Of a stretch of DNA of 64,000 bases, positions 57,911 to 64,000 are shown one piece after another; within the stretch, counting starts at the first letter, position 1; every line of letters begins with the position of its first letter. A program made the position numbers and the translations under genes. Source of the stretch: Bdellovibrionales bacterium (GTDB taxonomy: Bacteria; Bdellovibrionota; Bdellovibrionia; Bdellovibrionales; UBA1609); NCBI GenBank assembly GCA_020630675.1, contig JAHDIR010000004.1, positions 13,688-77,687 on the forward strand. Reading direction: 5' to 3'. The notes beneath the pieces were generated by a model, which was not told the origin of the DNA, did not search any database, and was given only the letters and a program-made list of their open reading frames with translations.

Positions 57911-58678
57911 TTATTGTAATTGCTTTTGAACTTGCCTTAGAGTTACGATGTTATCAGAGATAAATCCATAGTACGTGCCATCAGCAGAAAGTGGGGGCTT
58001 TTGAGAGGAATTAAGGTCGAGAATGAGAAATTTCTTTCTTCTTTGAATTTCTTTAGCCACACGACTTTGCAAGGGAGTGTTTGTATTAATAAGAACAAGA
58101 TCTTCATCAATGCTTGTCATTGTTTCTAGAAATAATGACCCCATCACTCTCAACCTTGATAGTAGAGTGTGTCCAGACATAAACAACCAATTGGGCTCTT
58201 TTTTTCGAGCCTCTCGAATAATATTTGTTGTTTCAGAAGTGAAGATCACTTTGAGGTCTTTTTGTTTATTAATAAGCTCAGACAGTTGATCAAAATGACT
58301 TAAAGATCGGTTTCTTATGTTTATAGCTAATGAGCCAGATTTAAGGGAGCCAAGGTACTCCTGCAAGGAAAGCAGAGGCTTAGATTTATAGGGACGACGA
58401 TGAATCTCTTGGGTTAGATGCCAAGCTCCTTGCAGAAACTCAATTTGAATTAAGGGAGCCCAGTTTAGTTCATCATTAATAATTTCAATGTTTTGGTTAA
58501 TATCCTCCAGGGAAGTAGTTTTGTAAAGGTAGAGATGTCTTTGCTTTAATAAAGGGTGGTCAAACTGTGCAAAACTCTGTTGATATCCCAACTGTCTTAA
58601 CCCCATAAGAACCATGGCACACCATAAAACAACATTGGCACTAATAAATAGCAGTCTAAAAAATGGGCTTTTCATCAT
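57911..58678 (-). CDS. Hypothetical membrane-anchored protein
   Basis: One N-terminal TM. No convincing domain; a vague GDPD-like layout is not supportable. Confidence 0.4.
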   Translation of the reverse strand: MMKSPFFRLLFISANVVLWCAMVLMGLRQLGYQQSFAQFDHPLLKQRHLYLYKTTSLEDINQNIEIINDELNWAPLIQIEFLQGAWHLTQEIHRRPYKSKPLLSLQEYLGSLKSGSLAINIRNRSLSHFDQLSELINKQKDLKVIFTSETTNIIREARKKEPNWLFMSGHTLLSRLRVMGSLFLETMTSIDEDLVLINTNTPLQSRVAKEIQRRKKFLILDLNSSQKPPLSADGTYYGFISDNIVTLRQVQKQLQ

Positions 58679-58863
58679 GAACTGTTTCCTGTTGAATTCA
58701 GAGTTTTCATAGCTTTGAGCTAGAGATTTACCCTAGATAAAGGAGAATGAGGCCCGTTTCTGCATGGCGGCATTAAATAAGTAATTTTTTGACGTATTTT
58801 CACTTGATTTTCAACTGGCAATGATGAATTTTAGGCCTGTTCTCTATATATGAGGTATTTAAT

Positions 58864-59307
58864 TTGAACCGTTTAAACCGAAATGTGGAATATGCAATGA
58901 TAGCATTACAGCATATGGCAAAAGAGCCATCTGGCCATTTGTTCTCGGCAAAAGGTTTGGCTCACGATATGAAAGTGCCTTTTGATCCCCTGTCTCGTGT
59001 TATGCAAAAGTTAGCTAAAAATAAAATCATTCGCTCAGAACAAGGTCCTGCCGGTGGTTACGAATTAATATGCAATTTTTCACAAGTGAGTCTTTACGAT
59101 TTAATTAAAATTATTCAAGGGCCTCTTGAGATTGTCAGATGCCTGGGTGAACAAGAAGCCTGTGACTTATCGAACAGTTGTGAGCTGAAATCTCCAGTGA
59201 GTTACCTCAATGAGCAGCTTATCTTCTTTTATCAAAAAATGACTCTTCAAGAGCTCTTTAGTCAAACCATTGAAACTAAGAAAAATACTGAGGCGGTAGT
59301 TTTATGA
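58864..59307 (+). CDS. Rrf2-family transcriptional regulator (IscR/SufR-like role)
   Basis: The N-terminal wHTH pattern is [13 protein letters not shown]. Three Cys spaced C-x6-C-x5-C ([15 protein letters not shown]) fit the Rrf2 Fe-S ligand region. ATGA-coupled to sufB. Confidence 0.8.
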   Translation: MNRLNRNVEYAMIALQHMAKEPSGHLFSAKGLAHDMKVPFDPLSRVMQKLAKNKIIRSEQGPAGGYELICNFSQVSLYDLIKIIQGPLEIVRCLGEQEACDLSNSCELKSPVSYLNEQLIFFYQKMTLQELFSQTIETKKNTEAVVL

Positions 59308-60752
59308 GCAGTACATCCATAGATAAAGAGTACAAATACGGTTTTACAACAGATATTGATGTTGATCAGCTAGCAAAAGGCTTAAATGAAGATGTTATTC
59401 GTAAAATTTCTAGTTTAAAAAATGAACCTGAATGGATGTTAAAGCACAGACTTAAATCCTTCAAAATATGGCAAAAAATGACTGAGCCACAATGGGCACA
59501 AGTCAACTATGAGCCCATTGACTATCAAGATATTTGCTACTATTCAGCTCCAAAATCCTATGTCGGAGTTAATGCCGATGGTGAAAAGCCTAAAAATTTA
59601 GAAGATCTTGATCCTGAATTATTAAAGACTTTTGAAAAACTAGGCATCTCTGTTAATGAGCAAAAAAGAATTTCGGGTGTGGCTGTTGATATGGTGTTTG
59701 ACAGTGTTTCCGTGGGAACCACTAACAAAGAAATTTTAGACAAGTACGGTGTTATTTTTTGTTCTATCTCAGAGGCTATTCAAAAGTATCCAGACCTTGT
59801 AAAAAAATATTATGGCTCAGTTGTGCCTGCCACAGATAACTTTTATGCTGCTCTTAATGGAGCTGTGTTTACGGACGGATCATTTTGCTATATTCCTAAA
59901 GGAGTAAAATGTCCGATTGATCTCTCAACATATTTTCGCATTAATGCTGAAGAAACTGGCCAGTTTGAGCGAACCTTACTTATTGCCGAAGAGGGAAGCT
60001 ATGTTAACTACTTAGAGGGATGTACAGCTCCAATGCGTGACACAAATCAATTGCATGCAGCTGTAGTTGAATTAGTCGCACTAGAAAACGCTGAAATTAA
60101 ATACTCAACGGTACAAAATTGGTACACAGGTGACAAAGAAGGTCGTGGTGGAATTTATAATTTTGTAACAAAAAGAGGAAAATGCTTAGGTAAAAACTCT
60201 AAAATATCTTGGACACAGGTGGAATCTGGGTCGGCAATTACATGGAAATATCCGAGTGTAATTTTGCAAGGTGACAATTCGCAGGGTTTTTTCTACTCAG
60301 TGGCATTGACTCACGACTATATGCAAGCCGACACAGGAACCAAAATGATTCATGTTGGTAAAAATACAAAAAGTACAATTATATCTAAAGGAATTTCTGC
60401 TGATAAGTCTTCAAATGTTTATCGTGGGCAAGTTAAAATTATGCCATCTGCAGAAGGAGCACGAAATTACTCTCAATGTGACTCCATGTTAGTAGGTGAT
60501 ATGTGTAATGCAAGTACAGTTCCTTACATCGAAGTTAAAAATAAATCAGCAGTTTTAGAACACGAAGCTTCAACTTCTCGCTTAAGTGAAGATCAATTGT
60601 TTTACCTTCAATCTCGTGGAATGAGTTTAGAAGAATCTATTTCAATGTTGGTGAATGGTTTTTGTAAGGAAGTTTTTAAACAGTTGCCGTTAGAATTTTC
60701 TGTCGAAGCTGTAAAGTTAATTGAAATGAAATTAGAAAATAGTGTTGGTTAG
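59304..60752 (+). CDS. sufB: Fe-S cluster assembly scaffold SufB
   Basis: Full-length SufB pattern (YGF...[23 protein letters not shown]...[13 protein letters not shown]...[20 protein letters not shown]). Confidence 0.96.
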   Translation: MSSTSIDKEYKYGFTTDIDVDQLAKGLNEDVIRKISSLKNEPEWMLKHRLKSFKIWQKMTEPQWAQVNYEPIDYQDICYYSAPKSYVGVNADGEKPKNLEDLDPELLKTFEKLGISVNEQKRISGVAVDMVFDSVSVGTTNKEILDKYGVIFCSISEAIQKYPDLVKKYYGSVVPATDNFYAALNGAVFTDGSFCYIPKGVKCPIDLSTYFRINAEETGQFERTLLIAEEGSYVNYLEGCTAPMRDTNQLHAAVVELVALENAEIKYSTVQNWYTGDKEGRGGIYNFVTKRGKCLGKNSKISWTQVESGSAITWKYPSVILQGDNSQGFFYSVALTHDYMQADTGTKMIHVGKNTKSTIISKGISADKSSNVYRGQVKIMPSAEGARNYSQCDSMLVGDMCNASTVPYIEVKNKSAVLEHEASTSRLSEDQLFYLQSRGMSLEESISMLVNGFCKEVFKQLPLEFSVEAVKLIEMKLENSVG

Positions 60753-60782
60753 AATTATTAAATCAAATCGAAGGGCTTTAAA

Positions 60783-61535
60783 ATGTTAGAAGTAAAAAAC
60801 TTGTGTGTGAGTGTAGACGGCAATGAAATTTTAAAAGGAATAAACTTAACTGTAAATGCAGGAGAAATTCATGCCATTATGGGGCCAAATGGCTCTGGAA
60901 AAAGTACTTTGTCTAAGGTGATTGCTGGCCACCCAAGTTATGAGGTAACTTCTGGTGAAATTAACTTTGATATTAATCGGCAAAAAACAAATTTATTGGA
61001 ACTAGAGCCTGACATAAGAGCCAAAGAAGGTGTGTTTTTAGCTTTTCAATACCCAATTAATGTTCCGGGAATCACCAATTATGATTTTTTAAAAACCTCA
61101 TTTAACTCTGTTTGTGAGTATCAAGGGGCTCCAAAATTAGAGGATAGCGATTTTAGAAATTTTTTAAATGAAAAAATGAAGTATGTAGAGATGAACCCTC
61201 AGTTTTTGAGTCGACCAGTTAATGAAGGTTTTTCTGGTGGTGAAAAAAAACGAAATGAAATTTTACAAATGGCTGTTTTAAACCCTAGGCTAGCTCTTCT
61301 GGATGAAACAGACTCAGGTTTAGACATTGATGCTCTAAAAATTGTTTCTGGTGGTATTAATAAAATACATAATAAAAATAATGCTGTGATTTTGGTCACT
61401 CATTACCAGAGACTTTTAGACTATATAGTGCCTGATTATGTTCATATTCTTTCTGAAGGAAAGATAGTTAAAACTGGCGATAAAAATTTAGCCCTTGAAT
61501 TAGAAAAAGGTGGTTATGAAGGGGTATTAAACTAA
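60783..61535 (+). CDS. sufC: Fe-S cluster assembly ATPase SufC
   Basis: GPNGSGKST, FSGGEKKRNEILQM and LLDETDSGLD. Confidence 0.96.
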   Translation: MLEVKNLCVSVDGNEILKGINLTVNAGEIHAIMGPNGSGKSTLSKVIAGHPSYEVTSGEINFDINRQKTNLLELEPDIRAKEGVFLAFQYPINVPGITNYDFLKTSFNSVCEYQGAPKLEDSDFRNFLNEKMKYVEMNPQFLSRPVNEGFSGGEKKRNEILQMAVLNPRLALLDETDSGLDIDALKIVSGGINKIHNKNNAVILVTHYQRLLDYIVPDYVHILSEGKIVKTGDKNLALELEKGGYEGVLN

Positions 61536-61538
61536 GCT

Positions 61539-62801
61539 ATGAACACCAGTCACTATAAACAACAATTTGATGTGTTAAAAAATAATTTTTCTGGCCAAAT
61601 AGTTTCTAAGCATAAGCTTGATTCTTTTGACCGTTTTTGCGAGCTTGGGTGGCCTACAACAAGAGAAGAAGCTTGGCGCTATTCTAAAATTAATAAGTTA
61701 GTCGACGAAGATTTTATCAACTATTCTTTAAACTTAGAAAGGCCGTCATCGTTGGTCAATGCCAACTTTGATTTTCCAGTCAGCCATTTAGTCTTTAGAA
61801 ATGGAGTTTTTGATAAACAACTAAGCCAACTCTCCCGCGAAGCTATGAGTTACATTAAATTTAAAGACAAAGAAAACTTCCTGCCTTTACCAGAAAAAAG
61901 CAAATTTCATAATTCGGCGTTATTAAACTTGAATATGAGTTTTAATTTACAAACTTTTAGCTTAGACATTCCTGAAAATACAATTGTCAGCGAGCCAATT
62001 GTTTTTCACTTTCTTTATGAAGATGGCTCTTCCAATATGTATCACCCTCAAATTGAAGTTTCTGTGGGGCACCACTCACAAGTAAAATTTATTGAACTTC
62101 ATTCAAGTCAACAGTCCGGAAAAAACTTAATTAACCCTTTGTCTCGGGTTCGTTTAGCTGAGAGTTCAAAGGTAAAGTATGTTCGCTTAAGCGAAATGAC
62201 AGACCCATATAACTTTCACAATGGTCAGTTTATTGGTCAATTAGAGAAAAGTAGTGATTTGCACTTTGTTTCCATGAATTTAGGTGGAGGTTTAAACCGC
62301 TTAGACACAGAGTTTTTTCACCAAGGAGAAGGGGCTTATTTGGAGGTTAATGGCCTATGTTATGGGAAAAATAAGGAGCAGGTGAGTTATTTAAGTCGTA
62401 TTTTTCATGAAAAGGGAAATGGAGAAAGTCACCAGCTTTATAAAGGCGTATTGGATGATCAGTCCTCGTCTAGTTTTGATGGTCTCATCTATATTGCTCC
62501 CAAGGCGCAAAAAGTAAATTCCAGTCAAATGAACAAAAACCTATTGTTGAGTAGCCGTGCAGAAGTAAATACCAAACCTCAATTAGATATTAATGCTGAT
62601 GATGTTAAAGCAGCACATGGTGCGACTGTGAGTGAGCTTAACGACGAAGAGATTTTTTATTTGATGAGTCGAGGAATTGAAAAAAATCAAGCGACTAAAA
62701 TTATTGAAAAAGCTTTTATCGATGAAATTATTCTTAAAGTAGGAGATCTCAATATTCAAAAGTGGTTGTTAAAGTTTTTTGAAAATGAGAGATCTTCATG
62801 A
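61539..62801 (+). CDS. sufD: Fe-S cluster assembly protein SufD
   Basis: SufB/D beta-helix C-terminal pattern (DDVKAAHGATVSELNDEEIFYLMSRG) and its position after sufC. Confidence 0.9.
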   Translation: MNTSHYKQQFDVLKNNFSGQIVSKHKLDSFDRFCELGWPTTREEAWRYSKINKLVDEDFINYSLNLERPSSLVNANFDFPVSHLVFRNGVFDKQLSQLSREAMSYIKFKDKENFLPLPEKSKFHNSALLNLNMSFNLQTFSLDIPENTIVSEPIVFHFLYEDGSSNMYHPQIEVSVGHHSQVKFIELHSSQQSGKNLINPLSRVRLAESSKVKYVRLSEMTDPYNFHNGQFIGQLEKSSDLHFVSMNLGGGLNRLDTEFFHQGEGAYLEVNGLCYGKNKEQVSYLSRIFHEKGNGESHQLYKGVLDDQSSSSFDGLIYIAPKAQKVNSSQMNKNLLLSSRAEVNTKPQLDINADDVKAAHGATVSELNDEEIFYLMSRGIEKNQATKIIEKAFIDEIILKVGDLNIQKWLLKFFENERSS

Positions 62802-64000
62802 GCTATGATATAGAAAAAATTCGAGAGGATTTCCCTCAATTAAGTCTAGAGTTTAATGGAAAAAAATACACTTACCTAGATAGTGCTGCATCGACATTAA
62901 AACCAAAGCCGGTGATTGAACGCTTGTCGCAATTTTACTCCTGTGAAGTTTCTAATGTTCACCGAGGAGCTCATCATATTAGTCATATTTCTACGTTGGC
63001 TTATGAAGAGGCTAGAAATAAAGTGGCTCAGTTTGTTGGTGCTGACTCAAGCAGTGAAATTATTTTTACTAGAAGCACTACGGAGTCTATTAATTTAGCG
63101 GCTCATATTATTGATAGCTTGGGCCTTGAGCCTGGTGATGAAATCATTTTGTCTGAAATGGAACATCATTCAAATATTATACCTTGGCAGCAACTTGCTG
63201 AGCAAAAGTCTTTAACTTTGAAGTATATCAGTTTTAATGAAAAAGGTGACCTTAACTTATCTGAGTTAGACTCAATGGCTTCTGACAAAACCAAAGTGAT
63301 TTCTATTTGTCATGTTTCAAATACTTTAGGAACGGTGAACGATGTTTGTAAAGTTTCGCAAATAGCTAAAAAACATAATGCCTTTTTTGTTCTTGATGCG
63401 GCTCAATCAGTTAGTATTTTGCCCTTAAACGTTAAAGAGTTGGCCTGTGATTTTTTGGCCTTTTCTGCACATAAACTGTTTGCGCCCTTTGGCGTTGGCG
63501 TTTTATGGGGCAAAAAAGATCTTTTAGATAAAGGATCTCCCTATCAGGGGGGCGGTAGTATGATTGTTGAAGTAGAAAAAGAAGGTTCAACGTATCTGCT
63601 TTCCCCGCAAAGGTATGAAGCTGGAACGCCCAATGTTGGAGGGGTTGTCGCTTTGGCAACGGCCATTGATTACATCATTGATCTTGGCCTTGAAAATATT
63701 GAAAAGCATGAGCAGCAGCTTTTAACTTACGCAACAGAAAAAATAAAAAATATACCAGGGATAAATTTGGTAGGAACCTCCTTAACAAAAAAAAATGTCT
63801 TATCATTCAATGTTGAAGGTTTACACCATTCAGATTTAAGTCAGTTATTGGATCAACAGGCTGTTGCTGTAAGAGCAGGACATCATTGTACTCAATTAAT
63901 TATGAAAAAACTTAAAATTCCAGGAACACTAAGAGCTTCATTTTCTATTTATAATAACAAAGAAGATGTCGATCGATTTATAGTGGCCTTAAATAAAGCA
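62798..64000 (+). CDS. sufS: Cysteine desulfurase SufS, 3' end beyond the window
   Basis: This ORF is not in the track because no stop is reached. ATGA overlap with sufD. My translation gives MSYDIEKIREDFPQL...YLDSAASTLKP, the PLP lysine in FSAHKLFAPFGVG, and RAGHHCTQ for the catalytic Cys loop. The frame is open for 401 codons up to nt 64000. Confidence 0.9.
   Translation, partial: MSYDIEKIREDFPQLSLEFNGKKYTYLDSAASTLKPKPVIERLSQFYSCEVSNVHRGAHHISHISTLAYEEARNKVAQFVGADSSSEIIFTRSTTESINLAAHIIDSLGLEPGDEIILSEMEHHSNIIPWQQLAEQKSLTLKYISFNEKGDLNLSELDSMASDKTKVISICHVSNTLGTVNDVCKVSQIAKKHNAFFVLDAAQSVSILPLNVKELACDFLAFSAHKLFAPFGVGVLWGKKDLLDKGSPYQGGGSMIVEVEKEGSTYLLSPQRYEAGTPNVGGVVALATAIDYIIDLGLENIEKHEQQLLTYATEKIKNIPGINLVGTSLTKKNVLSFNVEGLHHSDLSQLLDQQAVAVRAGHHCTQLIMKKLKIPGTLRASFSIYNNKEDVDRFIVALNKA

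Noticed and set aside
58679-58863. An IscR/Rrf2 operator and sigma70 promoter upstream of the suf operon
   Set aside because: A TTGACG hexamer is present near 58789, but I found no properly spaced -10 element and no convincing palindrome. This is not supportable without comparative data.

Overview
This is a visibly AT-rich, very densely packed chromosomal segment of about 65 genes, many joined by 1-4 nt start/stop overlaps. The host is a diderm bacterium, shown by a Tol system, TonB-type proteins, OM beta-barrels and lipoproteins. I saw no rRNA, CRISPR, transposase, integrase or phage genes. All calls come from reading motifs in the supplied translations and the DNA; no similarity search or folding was run.

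The backbone is housekeeping:
- pilW-like/rodZ block, rluD-pgeF and tsaB-rseP
- the conserved rpsB-tsf-pyrH-frr-uppS-cdsA string
- priA, galU, rlmD-ndk, mdh-sucCD and uppP
- one tRNA-Phe(GAA), then dus, mtgA, ppiB and glnE
- tolQ-tolR-tolA-tolB
- an Rrf2-sufBCDS operon that runs off the right edge; sufS is open-ended and absent from the ORF track

The short EF-Ts, Tad genes, many signal-peptide enzymes and the mannose genes fit a Bdellovibrio-like or delta-type lineage. That placement is inference only.

Items most worth a second look:
1. An atypical Tad locus at the left edge has a TadZ-like ParA ATPase fused in one ORF to the CpaF motor. It carries only one platform gene and is followed by a toxin-less YD-repeat protein.
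2. A second, orphan TadB/TadC-like pair lies 36 kb away, next to a histone-H1-like gene built from 30-nt tandem repeats.
3. A complete GDP-mannose -> polyprenyl-P-mannose -> GT-C transferase module plus an LtaS-like enzyme sits beside tRNA-Phe.
4. Two secreted enzymes, a ParB-like nuclease and an FCP1-type HAD phosphatase, are inserted between cdsA and rseP.
5. Smaller items: a J-like (NPD) domain fused to a RodZ-type HTH, a zinc-ribbon protein with a CFVATA...LRNFRD C-terminal module, an unannotated 44-aa basic ORF, and a 580-nt non-coding gap.
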